The notes under the pieces: generated by a model
Seen by the model: only the letters and a program-made list of their open reading frames with translations
The model's database searches: none
What the model was told of the DNA's origin: nothing
Made by a program: the position numbers and the translations under genes
In this document: in pieces, positions 31,332 to 40,491 of the stretch
Position numbering within the stretch: the first letter of the stretch is position 1
How the letters are laid out: each line of letters starts with the position of its first letter
Origin: an uncultured delta proteobacterium
Lineage (GTDB): Bacteria > Myxococcota_A > Polyangia > Polyangiales > Polyangiaceae
Direction of reading: 5' to 3'
DNA length: 64,000 bases
Assembly (NCBI GenBank): GCA_963696385.1
Contig: CAVOKF010000006.1
Location: forward strand, 256,001 to 320,000

Positions 31332-32249
31332 CTACTGAATGACGACGGTATCGATGAAAATGTCGGCGGCGGAGCACGAGGACACGGCCGCGCCGTCGGG
31401 TATGCCGAACTCGACGCCGACGTTGTGGATGGCGGCAGGGGAGAAGCCGCTCGCGACGTTGCCCTTGGGGTGGTCCAGGCTCATCGTCAGCGTGATCCAT
31501 CCCGCTCCGGCATGGAGGTCTACGACGCCATTGTCGGCCCAGTTGGATTTGACGTCCTGCGTGAACTGCAGGGCGTACCCGAGATGGTTCGTGTCCGACG
31601 ACAACCCCGCCGAGAGCTTCACGTTCATCGTCACCGTCCGACCCGTGAGATCGACGCCGCCATCCCCGTACACGACGCCCATGATGAGGCTCTCACTCGG
31701 GCCATTGAAGGGCGCCTCGAGATCGAGGCTGCCGGGTGTCGGGTCTCCCTCGGTCGTGGAGAGCGTGAGCGAGCAGGCTTCGGCACCGGCGTCGCCGAGG
31801 CCCGCCCAGAAGACACTCCAGCCCTGCGTGCTCGTATCGAATGGATAACTGAACAGGGGGGCAGCCGCGTCGGACGGGGCATCCTTCGCCCCATCGGCGA
31901 GGCGACTCGCGTCGGATCCGATGGCGGAGCCCGAGTCGGTATCGTCCGAGCCGGCATCGTCCGAGTCGGCCGTTTCTTGTCCGGTGCCATCGCCCGGTTC
32001 GGCGCCTTGTCCCCCGCCGGCGTCGGCTGTCGCACTCGAGCCGTCCGATCCCTCGCTGCCGGATCCGTCCTGCGCGGTGGCGTTGGCCGTTCCGTCTTCC
32101 TGTGCGTCTGTGCTGTCGATCGGCCCGCCGGCCTCGCTTTCGACGGCCAGGCTCGCTCCGTCGAACCGGTCGAGGCCGAGCAGTGCGCTACAGCCCCACA
32201 GTGCGCTGCCGGCAAGCCCCAGAAGAAGCGTTGGAAGCGAGCGCCTCAT
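31332..32249 (-). CDS. Lipoprotein with acidic linker and jelly-roll carbohydrate-binding-like C-domain
   Basis: Lipobox LWGC followed by SALLGL; YPFDTSTQGW...DLTGRTV...IFIDTV. Confidence 0.7.
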   Translation of the reverse strand: MRRSLPTLLLGLAGSALWGCSALLGLDRFDGASLAVESEAGGPIDSTDAQEDGTANATAQDGSGSEGSDGSSATADAGGGQGAEPGDGTGQETADSDDAGSDDTDSGSAIGSDASRLADGAKDAPSDAAAPLFSYPFDTSTQGWSVFWAGLGDAGAEACSLTLSTTEGDPTPGSLDLEAPFNGPSESLIMGVVYGDGGVDLTGRTVTMNVKLSAGLSSDTNHLGYALQFTQDVKSNWADNGVVDLHAGAGWITLTMSLDHPKGNVASGFSPAAIHNVGVEFGIPDGAAVSSCSAADIFIDTVVIQ

Positions 32250-32418
32250 CGCCGTTCGCTTTCCTCTTGCGTCCACGGCGCGTTGCCGCGCGCCGTCGTG
32301 CGCCCGAGGATCTCCACCGCAAGCCGTGGTCCTGATCCGCGTGATCGTGACGAAGAGCACGTGCCCATGCTGATCGGGAAGTACGTCGCATGTGCCGCGT
32401 CGCTTTAGGGCCTTCGTA

Positions 32419-32520
32419 GGGGGCTTGCCGAATCCGCGCTGGAGCGGTGCCTTGGTCGTGGGTCTCGTCGTCCAGCGTGAGCCGCGGTCGGGGGCTTGCC
32501 GAATCCGCTGGAGCGGTGCC
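32419..32520. repeat. Pair of ~31-33 bp intergenic direct repeats with 38-bp spacer
   Basis: gggggcttgccgaatccg(cg)ctggagcggtgcc at 32419-32451 and 32490-32520. Confidence 0.85.
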
Positions 32521-32645
32521 CCCCGAACGTGGGCGGGCGTAACCAGGTCGCTTCGACTTGCGTAATCGGGCAGGACAGACTGCGATCCGGAAATGTCGGT
32601 GCGACCGGCCGCTTACGGCCGACCCGATCGGACCGAAAGGCCACC

Positions 32646-33662
32646 ATGCGAACCCAAGACACCTACGCTACACTCGTGCTCATGTGCTTGTCGGCGGCGG
32701 GATGCCGGGTCTCTTCAGCCGCTCCGGCCGAGCCGCAGGGCAGCGCGAATGCGCCCACCGCCGGGCGGGCTGGTTCACCCGCCCCTGCCGTTTCGGCCAG
32801 CAAGTACGTGAAGCCGGCGCGCGAGCAGTTGCGGCGCAAGCTCACGCCCATTCAATTCGAAGTGAGCCAAAACGACGCGACCGAGCCGCCGTTCCACAAC
32901 GAGTTCTGGGACAATCACGCACCCGGAATTTACGTCGACGTCGCGACCGGAGAGCCGCTCTTCAGTTCGCTCGACAAATTCGAATCGGGCACGGGGTGGC
33001 CGAGCTTCACGCGACCGATTGAGGACGGTCGCGTCGTGTCTCGCTCGGACACGAGCCTCGGCATGGCGCGCACGGAGGTCCGATCGAGCGCCGGCGATTC
33101 GCATCTCGGACACGTCTTCGACGACGGCCCCCCCCCGACCGGGCTGCGCTATTGCATCAATTCGGCGTCGCTGCGCTTCGTACCGCTCGACCGTCTGGCG
33201 GCCGAGGGCTACGGCGCGTACGGGAGTCGCTTCGCGGGTCCGGTGCCGGAGAGCGCCGTTGCCGCGTCGACGACCAACGCCTGCGCCACGCCGCCGGCGG
33301 GCGCGCAACCAGGCTGTGCGGCGACGCTCGACACGGCGCTTCTCGGCGGCGGCCGAAAGACACGAGACGCGCTGATGTCGCTTCCAGGCGTCCTCGAGGT
33401 GGAGTCGGGGACCGTGGCGCGCTCGGAGGCCCTTCGCGTCGTGTTCGACCCGAAGCAGATCGGGTACGGTGAACTGCTCGAGAAGTGGGCGCGCACCGAA
33501 GCGGGCGACGCCACCGCGACCCGATCGGTTTACGTCGCCACCGACGACCAACGGCGTATCGCCGAGGACTGGACGACGCGAGCAGGCCGATCCGCCGCGC
33601 GGCACGCCCCCATCGTCGTCCAAGCGGCCAACCTGACCGCGTTCGTCCCCACGCACCCCTGA
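32646..33662 (+). CDS. msrB: Exported peptide-methionine (R)-S-oxide reductase MsrB with degenerate MsrA-like C-domain
   Basis: Lipobox-like AAGC. Motifs [33 protein letters not shown]. The tail resembles MsrA but lacks GCFW. Confidence 0.9.
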   Translation: MRTQDTYATLVLMCLSAAGCRVSSAAPAEPQGSANAPTAGRAGSPAPAVSASKYVKPAREQLRRKLTPIQFEVSQNDATEPPFHNEFWDNHAPGIYVDVATGEPLFSSLDKFESGTGWPSFTRPIEDGRVVSRSDTSLGMARTEVRSSAGDSHLGHVFDDGPPPTGLRYCINSASLRFVPLDRLAAEGYGAYGSRFAGPVPESAVAASTTNACATPPAGAQPGCAATLDTALLGGGRKTRDALMSLPGVLEVESGTVARSEALRVVFDPKQIGYGELLEKWARTEAGDATATRSVYVATDDQRRIAEDWTTRAGRSAARHAPIVVQAANLTAFVPTHP

Positions 33663-33784
33663 CGGACCGGGCGGGTCGCGCACCCCTCGGCACCGCCGTA
33701 TCGCGCATCCGCCGCGCACGAACGACCTCGGGACGTCGATCCGTGTTCTTCCGATGAGGCGGCAAAGCCGACTCGTCGCCGATC

Positions 33785-34615
33785 CTATTCGGGTGGGTCG
33801 GGTTGAACCGCGATCGCCCTTCGGAACCTCTCGGGGGATTGAAAGAGACGGTCCAGCGCCAACCAGGAAAGGTCGGCCAGAGGACCGCGTTGACGGCCGA
33901 GTACCGACTGCAGGAACACCGCTTCGCGCAGCAACGGGGTCAAATCGGCTGCGCATCGCGCTTGCCAGGCCGGTTCGTCGAGATCCTCTTTTTTGACCGC
34001 CGCTTCGAAGTCGACGAGGACGACTTCCAAAGGCGAAGGGCACACGACGAGGTTGTGCAACTCGGCGTCGCCGTGAGCGAGCCCGGCGTCGTGAAGTGTG
34101 GAAATTTGCTTCAGCGCGCTGGCCGCGAACCCCCACAATCCGGCGGCCGATGCGAGCGGTACTTTCTGCGCGACCCGCAGATTGGCTTCTTCCGGGTCGA
34201 CCCCGAACGGCGAAAGGCGCTGATACGGGCGGCCTGGAGCGAGGCAACTGCGAAAGACCTTCTCGGCGAATCCGATGGGCGGTGGCAGGCCGAGGATGCC
34301 GCTCGCCAACGTCTGATTCTCGAACTCTTTCGCGGTATCGCCGTGCAGTCGCGCGGCGAAGTAGGTTTTACGAAAGTGCAGAGGATACGTGATCGACAAG
34401 GGATGCCGTTCGCGCGTTTCTCGTCCGGCGATGACAATCTCGGCCGACATGAGCGGCAGGCCGTTCGCCTCTCGCCGTGCGATCGTGCGCACGACGTAGT
34501 CGCTCTGCTGGGGACGATCGACCAGGCCGACCAACTCTCGAGCGAGCCTCACCGAGTGCTGGGGAGATACGTTCACGAGCCGTTCGTCATCCATCGAAAA
34601 CGGCACCCGCGTCAC
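33785..34615 (-). CDS. Protein-kinase-like fold phosphotransferase (atypical)
   Basis: GTGA coupling to the TolC stop. LHDAGLAHGDAELHNLVV and LVDFE resemble the catalytic and Mg-binding loops. Confidence 0.7.
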   Translation of the reverse strand: MTRVPFSMDDERLVNVSPQHSVRLARELVGLVDRPQQSDYVVRTIARREANGLPLMSAEIVIAGRETRERHPLSITYPLHFRKTYFAARLHGDTAKEFENQTLASGILGLPPPIGFAEKVFRSCLAPGRPYQRLSPFGVDPEEANLRVAQKVPLASAAGLWGFAASALKQISTLHDAGLAHGDAELHNLVVCPSPLEVVLVDFEAAVKKEDLDEPAWQARCAADLTPLLREAVFLQSVLGRQRGPLADLSWLALDRLFQSPERFRRAIAVQPDPPE

Positions 34616-36075
34616 CACGGACACGTCGACAGCGCCATGACCGCCGCCAGACGCGCTTTGACCTCTCCGAACTCTGCCACGACCAGGCTCTGCTCGGCTT
34701 CGCGGTGCGCCTCCGATGCCGTCACCAAATCGACGCTGGTGCCCTGCCCGCGGAAGTAGAGGGTCTGCGTCATCTGGTCGTTCTGTGCCGCGAGGTCGCG
34801 CTGCTCGAGGGCGACCCTGTAGGACACTTCGGCCACTTCGATTCCACGTTGCGCTTGCTCCACCTGAATGAGGGCTTGGCGCCGGAGCGTCTCGAGCGTC
34901 TGGGCGGCGATGTCCTCGGCGGCCCGCTGACTCTTGATCGTTCCGAGACGCGTCCCTCCGTCGAAAATGGGGACGGAAAAGGCGGCTCCGATGCTCCACG
35001 TGGGATTCGGGTACCCGTTGCTGACAGCGGACGTTGCACTCAACGTGCTTTGCCCGGTGACGACGGGGATGAAAGAATACCAGGTATTTCGGAGATTGCG
35101 CTTGGCAACCTCCAAGTTGATGCGCGCCGCGTGGATGTCCGGCCTCTGGTCGACGGTCTGGACGACACGGCACGAGCGGATGGCCTCCTCGGTAACTCCG
35201 TTGACGTTCATGTCATGGGAGACGCCGATTTCCTCGGGAATCCCGACTGTCAGTCCCAGGGCCTCTCGGGCTTGACGGAGCGCCTCGTCGCCGTTGACCA
35301 GCGATACGCGCGCGTTGGCAGCGTTTTGCTTGGCCCGCACGACGTCGAGCATCGTGGCTGCGCCCAGGGCCTCCTTGCGCTTGGATAGCTCGAGCTGCTC
35401 GAGTGCGACGCGCAGACCGCTGCGGTTGATCTCGGTACTGCGCTCCGCCGTCACCACGGCCACGATCTGGTTGGCGAGGCTGAGATCGAGGGTGCGCCTC
35501 GTGTCGTCCACCGTCATTCGGCTCGAGTCTTCCATCAGCTTGTTGATGCCGATCTGGTCGAACTCCTGCACGTTGAGGAGGTCCTGCGAGAGCGTCAGAC
35601 TTCCGGCGACGACGTTGGGGATCGGGACCACGCTCGACACGGGTTCGCCGACGACGGTCTGGATGGCCGTTCTTGTGATGAGCTGATGCGAGAACGCGGC
35701 GTTGGCGCAGCCCCCAGGAGCCGAGCTGCCTCCGGCGCACCCACCGAGCGACGGCAAATACTGTGCAAACGCGACGAGGGTCTGTCCTTCGGCCTGCACC
35801 ACTTGGTCGAGTGCGGTCTTGAGATTGGTGGAACGCATGCGCATCAGCTGTTGCGCTTCCGCCCACGAAGTCAGGATTCGCTTCGGCGACGGAACGGGTT
35901 CGAGCATCGGGTCGTCCACCGGGGGCGGGGGCGGGACCGTCGAAGGGTCATCCGACGCCGCCGCGCTCGCGGCGGGAGACGGGGTCGGCGGCGTCGCGGA
36001 GCCCCCGGGCGTCTGGGCGAAGCCCGTGCTGGGCAGCGCCAAGACGAGAACGGCGGGGAGATAGACTTTTCGCAT
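34612..36075 (-). CDS. TolC-family outer-membrane efflux protein
   Basis: Signal peptide, two helical repeats, WSIGAAFSVPIFDGG, YFRGQGTSVDLVTA. Confidence 0.88.
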   Translation of the reverse strand: MRKVYLPAVLVLALPSTGFAQTPGGSATPPTPSPAASAAASDDPSTVPPPPPVDDPMLEPVPSPKRILTSWAEAQQLMRMRSTNLKTALDQVVQAEGQTLVAFAQYLPSLGGCAGGSSAPGGCANAAFSHQLITRTAIQTVVGEPVSSVVPIPNVVAGSLTLSQDLLNVQEFDQIGINKLMEDSSRMTVDDTRRTLDLSLANQIVAVVTAERSTEINRSGLRVALEQLELSKRKEALGAATMLDVVRAKQNAANARVSLVNGDEALRQAREALGLTVGIPEEIGVSHDMNVNGVTEEAIRSCRVVQTVDQRPDIHAARINLEVAKRNLRNTWYSFIPVVTGQSTLSATSAVSNGYPNPTWSIGAAFSVPIFDGGTRLGTIKSQRAAEDIAAQTLETLRRQALIQVEQAQRGIEVAEVSYRVALEQRDLAAQNDQMTQTLYFRGQGTSVDLVTASEAHREAEQSLVVAEFGEVKARLAAVMALSTCPW

Positions 36076-36365
36076 GCACATTCTTTGCCATGGGGCTCTG
36101 GCAAACAACCAGGACTACCGACGAGTGGACGATTCTGACGTTCCGAACGTGGAGCCGCCCGCCCGCTCCGTATCGTGGTTCAAGCACGGTTGTGCGAGCG
36201 TGGCGCTACCCGGCCGCACTGCGACGGGGCAAACCATCCGGCAAGACCCACGGGGCGTCGAGATCGCGACCGCCGTCGCCACCGTCCCGTCCTCGAAGAA
36301 TGCGTCGCACGGGCATGGGGCCCTGATCGGCGCGCGGCGCGGCGGAGCCGTCGCCTGCAAGGCGC

Positions 36366-37175
36366 TCATGAGGAGGGTTCGAGCTGTACGGGGTTGGTCA
36401 GGCGCCCAATGCCCTCGATCTCGACGGTGACGACGTCGCCGGCCTTGAGCCAGCGGGGCGGGGTCTTGGCCATGCCGACGCCGTGCGGCGTGCCTGTGAG
36501 AATCACCGTTCCGGCGACGAGAGTGGTGCTCGCGCTCAGAAACTCGATGAGTCGGGGTACGTCGAAGATCATGTCGGCCGTGGTCCAGTCCTGTACGCGC
36601 TCTTCGTTGAGAAGCGTGGCGATTCTCAGCGCGTTGGGATTCGGGATCTCCTCGGGCGTGACGAGGCATGGGCCGAGCGGCGCGAACGTGTCGAATGTCT
36701 TTCCGCGACACCACTGACCGCCGCCCTGCCGGATCTGCCAGTCGCGCGCCGAAACGTCGTTCGCGCACGTGTATCCGAGGACGTGATCGATCGCCCGGTC
36801 GCGCGACACGTTCTTGGCCGCCCGGCCGATGACGACGGCCAGCTCGCACTCGTAATCGACCTCGTCGCTCCGCAGATGCCGAGGAATCAGGATGGGATCG
36901 CCGGGGTGCTGAGCTGCGTTGACCCCCTTCATGAAGAGAATCGGGTATTGGGGAATAACCGCGTTCGTTTCTTCGGCGTGCCTGCGGTAATTGAGGCCGA
37001 TTCCGAAAATGCCCGACGGCGCGATCGGCGCGAGCAGCTTGTCGATCTGCGCCGTTACGTTCGTCACGGCGTGCTCGCCGAAGACGTCGCCGTCGATGCG
37101 GACGGTGGCCCCGTCCGGCGCTTGGCTGCCGTAGTGAATGCGTCCGCGGGGGTCACGATACCGGACGATTCTCAT
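36366..37175 (-). CDS. Fumarylacetoacetate-hydrolase-family protein (2,4-diketo-3-deoxy-L-fuconate hydrolase-like)
   Basis: Motifs IGLNYRRHAEE, VDYECEL, NDVSARDWQ, GKTFDTF, LTGTP. Confidence 0.9.
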   Translation of the reverse strand: MRIVRYRDPRGRIHYGSQAPDGATVRIDGDVFGEHAVTNVTAQIDKLLAPIAPSGIFGIGLNYRRHAEETNAVIPQYPILFMKGVNAAQHPGDPILIPRHLRSDEVDYECELAVVIGRAAKNVSRDRAIDHVLGYTCANDVSARDWQIRQGGGQWCRGKTFDTFAPLGPCLVTPEEIPNPNALRIATLLNEERVQDWTTADMIFDVPRLIEFLSASTTLVAGTVILTGTPHGVGMAKTPPRWLKAGDVVTVEIEGIGRLTNPVQLEPSS

Positions 37176-38503
37176 GAGCGTGCCCGATTCTGCCACACGT
37201 CGCCGGTCGGGTAGATGTGGGCGTTGAGCGACGACGATTTCATGGTGATCTGGGTCCCCGGCGAGGTCGGGACGAGGTAGCGCCCGCGGCGGACGATGCA
37301 CGGGTCCACGAAATGTTCATGGAGGTGGTCGACGTACTCGACGCAGCGCTTCTCGAGCGATCCGGAGACGGCCACGTAGTCGAAAATCGAGGCGTGCTGC
37401 ACGTATTCGCACAGGCCCACGCCGCCCGCGTGCGGGCATACCGGGACGCCGAAGTGAGCCGCGAGCAGCAGAACCGCGACGACCTCGTTCACGCCGGCGA
37501 GCCGGCAAAAGTCGATCTGGCAAAATGCGATCGCCCGCGCTTGGAGCAATTGTTTGAAGACGACGCGGTTCGGGCAGTGCTCGCCCGCGGCCACGCCGAT
37601 GCCAAGGGGCTCGAGGGCGCGCGCAATGGCGGCGTGTCCGAGCACGTCGTCGGGGCTCGTGGGCTCTTCGATCCAGGTCGGCCTGCACCCGGAAAGCGCG
37701 CGAACCCATTCGATGGCCTCGGCCACGTCCCACCGCTGATTGGCGTCGAGCATGAGCGCACGATCGGCTCCGAGCTCCTCGCGTGCGATCGCCGTTCGAC
37801 GGATGTCGTCGTCCAGGTTCTGTCCCACTTTGAGCTTGAAACGGTCGAAGCCCGCCAGGACGCCCTCGCGGCACAGCCGCCGCAAGCGCTCGTCGGAGTG
37901 GCCGATCCAGCCGACCGAGGTGGTGTAGGCCGGAACGCCGCTCTCTCGAATGGCGCTTTCGCGAGCGCTTCGGGTGGGGACGAGTCGATCCAGGGCACGC
38001 GTGGCTGCTTGCGGGGTGAGCGCGTCGGTCAGGTAACGCCAATCCACCATCTCGACGATTTGCGCCGGACTCATTTCGACGAGAACCTTCCAAAGGGGCT
38101 TGTGTTCGAGCTTCGACCGCAAATCCCACATCGCGTTGACGACGGCGGCCGTGGCCATGTGCACGACGCCCTTGTCGGGCCCGAGCCAGCGCAGTTGACT
38201 GTCGCCCGTCAGCTTGCGCCAGAACCGACCGGGCGCCTCGCAAAAGTCGGAGATCGATTGACCGACGACGAGCGGGCGGAGCGCCTCCAGGGCTTTGACG
38301 ACAATCTCGGTCCCGCGACCGATCGTAAAGGTCAGCCCGTGGCCGGCGACCCCGTCGTGCCGATCCGTGTCGACGATCACGTAGGCGGCCGAGTAGTCCG
38401 GATTGGGATTCATCGCGTCGGAACCGTGCCGTTCGAGCGAGGTCGGAAACCGGACGTCGAACGCCCGAAGGCCGGTGACCGTCCCTGAGATTTCCCTCGT
38501 CAC
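37172..38503 (-). CDS. fucD: L-fuconate dehydratase (enolase superfamily)
   Basis: Motifs DVRFPTS..GSDAMNPNPDYSAAY, KLKVG, DANQRW, IEEPTSPDD, CPHAGGVGLCE. Confidence 0.92.
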   Translation of the reverse strand: MTREISGTVTGLRAFDVRFPTSLERHGSDAMNPNPDYSAAYVIVDTDRHDGVAGHGLTFTIGRGTEIVVKALEALRPLVVGQSISDFCEAPGRFWRKLTGDSQLRWLGPDKGVVHMATAAVVNAMWDLRSKLEHKPLWKVLVEMSPAQIVEMVDWRYLTDALTPQAATRALDRLVPTRSARESAIRESGVPAYTTSVGWIGHSDERLRRLCREGVLAGFDRFKLKVGQNLDDDIRRTAIAREELGADRALMLDANQRWDVAEAIEWVRALSGCRPTWIEEPTSPDDVLGHAAIARALEPLGIGVAAGEHCPNRVVFKQLLQARAIAFCQIDFCRLAGVNEVVAVLLLAAHFGVPVCPHAGGVGLCEYVQHASIFDYVAVSGSLEKRCVEYVDHLHEHFVDPCIVRRGRYLVPTSPGTQITMKSSSLNAHIYPTGDVWQNRARS

Positions 38504-39261
38504 TTTCCTGCGCTCCATCCGCCGTCGACCATGAGGCAGCTGCCGGTGACCATCGCCGACACGTCGGCGGCCAGGTAGAGGGCCGCAAAAGCGACCTCTT
38601 CGGGACGGGCCATCCGTCCGGTCAACTGCGTGGCGGCCATATCGCGCCAGGCCCGTTCGGGATCCGCCACTTGCGCGAGACGCTCGCGGACGAAGGGCGT
38701 TTCCACGCGGCCGGGACAGATGCAGTTGAAGCGAACGCCGGTGTGCGAATGGTCCAGGGCGAGCGCCTTGGTCAACCCGACGACGGCAAACTTCGACGTC
38801 GTGTAGGCCAAGCGATCCCGCACCGCCACGACCCCGCCCACCGAAGCCATGTTGATCACGCTGCCTCGCCCCCGATCGAGCATGGCCGGAACGAGCGCGC
38901 GCGCGCCGTTGAATACGCCCCGCACGTTCACGGCGTAGAGTCGGTCCAGGTCTTGAGCCGTGGTGGCGAGAAGATTGCCGACGTGCCCGATGCCGGCGTT
39001 GTTGACGAGCACGTCGAGTGGCCCGGTGCGTCTCGCGAGCGCCTCGACCTCGGCGGCCTCGGAGACGTCGACACGCGCCGATTCGGCGCGACCGCCGGCG
39101 GCCCGGATTCCCGCCGCGGTGGTCTCGGCACTCGCCTCGTCGCGGTCGACCGCCCAGACGGTGGCGCCTTGCTGCGCGAAGAGCTCCGCAATGGCCTTGC
39201 CGATGCCCGACCCGGCGCCCGTTACCAAAGCGGTCTTGTCGTCGATGCGAAACGGGTTCAT
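38500..39261 (-). CDS. SDR oxidoreductase (2-keto-3-deoxy-L-fuconate dehydrogenase-like)
   Basis: Motifs TGAGSGIG, NNAG, YTTSK, ICPGRVETP; operon context supports the call. Confidence 0.85.
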   Translation of the reverse strand: MNPFRIDDKTALVTGAGSGIGKAIAELFAQQGATVWAVDRDEASAETTAAGIRAAGGRAESARVDVSEAAEVEALARRTGPLDVLVNNAGIGHVGNLLATTAQDLDRLYAVNVRGVFNGARALVPAMLDRGRGSVINMASVGGVVAVRDRLAYTTSKFAVVGLTKALALDHSHTGVRFNCICPGRVETPFVRERLAQVADPERAWRDMAATQLTGRMARPEEVAFAALYLAADVSAMVTGSCLMVDGGWSAGK

Positions 39262-39365
39262 GGGCCGTCAGCGGGGCTCTCGACGTCCGCAGACTATCGC
39301 CGGCATCGCGGCGCGTCTCGTGAATCCTTTCCGGTCCGGTCGTGCGTCCGGTCCGGTCCGGGAGG

Positions 39366-40442
39366 TCATTCTGGAACGCGCGTCGCCCCTTGTTCGCTCG
39401 ACCGATAGCAAGCCTCGACGACGGCCATCGTCTTATACGCGTCTTCGACCGAAGTAGGCAGTTCGTCCGTCTCGCCGTCGGCCCGCCGCATGAGGCTCGC
39501 CATGGGGCCCACGAACGCATGCGGAAACCAGTCGCCTACGAGCGGGATCGACTCCCACGAGGGCGGCGCGGTCCCCCGGAGCTGGCAGACGTCGAGCGTG
39601 TCCGGAAGTCCGCGCGGATAGTCCAGGTTGACGCCGATGCGCGCCTTGATCGCGCCGCCCGTTCCCTCGAACTTGACGTAGCTTTCTTGGTGCGTCGGGC
39701 CGAACTCGTGGCCGTGGTTGGTCGTCACGTTTGCGCGGCGCACCTGCCCGTAATCCAGAGCGATCGCGGTCCGCGTCGACGCGAGGTTCATGTGTTTCGG
39801 ATGCTTCACGGTCTTGCAGTACACGCCTTCGGGCTCGCCGAAAAACGATCGCACCAGGTCGATGTAGTGGATGCTGTGGTACACGATCTCCATTCTCGGG
39901 ATGCCGAACAGGAAGGACCACTGTTGCCAGGGCATGTCGCACGTCACCCGGACTTCGACGTCGTGAAGTTCACCGATCGCGCCGCGATCCACGAGGGATC
40001 GCGACGCCATCATCGCGGGCGCGAAGCGGAGCTGAAAGTTCACCGCGGCCAGTAACCCCTTGCGCTCGCAAAGGTGACGGATCGCGCGCGCTTGCTCCAG
40101 GTTCTCGCCCATCGGCTTTTGAATGAGAACCGCCGAGCGATCGGGCAGCTCGGCGAGGACGCCGGCGGTCTCGGCCGCCGGCAGCGCCAGATCGAAGACC
40201 GCACGCGCGGGAGCCGTATCGATGGCCTCGGAAAGCGATCGGGCGACCTTGGGGATTCCAAAGTCCCGGGCGAGAGCCATGGCGCGTTGTTCGAGCCGAT
40301 CGTAGACGGTCGCGACGGGGAAGCCGGCAAGCCGGTAGGCCGGCAGATGCGCGTCCCGCACGATCGAGCCCGCGCCGATGCTGACGATGGGACGGATCGC
40401 GCGGGGATCGGTGACCTTCTGGACGACGTTCTGCGCATTCAT
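39366..40442 (-). CDS. Gfo/Idh/MocA-family sugar dehydrogenase
   Basis: Motifs IGAGSIVRDAHLPAY, IQKPMG, HSIHYID. Confidence 0.87.
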   Translation of the reverse strand: MNAQNVVQKVTDPRAIRPIVSIGAGSIVRDAHLPAYRLAGFPVATVYDRLEQRAMALARDFGIPKVARSLSEAIDTAPARAVFDLALPAAETAGVLAELPDRSAVLIQKPMGENLEQARAIRHLCERKGLLAAVNFQLRFAPAMMASRSLVDRGAIGELHDVEVRVTCDMPWQQWSFLFGIPRMEIVYHSIHYIDLVRSFFGEPEGVYCKTVKHPKHMNLASTRTAIALDYGQVRRANVTTNHGHEFGPTHQESYVKFEGTGGAIKARIGVNLDYPRGLPDTLDVCQLRGTAPPSWESIPLVGDWFPHAFVGPMASLMRRADGETDELPTSVEDAYKTMAVVEACYRSSEQGATRVPE

Positions 40443-40491
40443 CGGCGACTCTCCGGGGTACGACCACCCCAAAGGCGGCACATGCCCGCGT

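Noticed and set aside
32419..32520. CRISPR array call
   Set aside because: There are only two imperfect repeats, no leader and no cas genes. It is kept as a repeat only.
36115..36369. 84-aa ORF starting at an ATGA overlap with the FAH stop
   Set aside because: No motif and shadow-like composition; more likely the TolC promoter region.
37172..39520. 782-aa ORF implying an extended or fused dehydratase
   Set aside because: The N-terminal part is an alternate frame of the SDR gene; FucD begins at the coupled GTG 38503.
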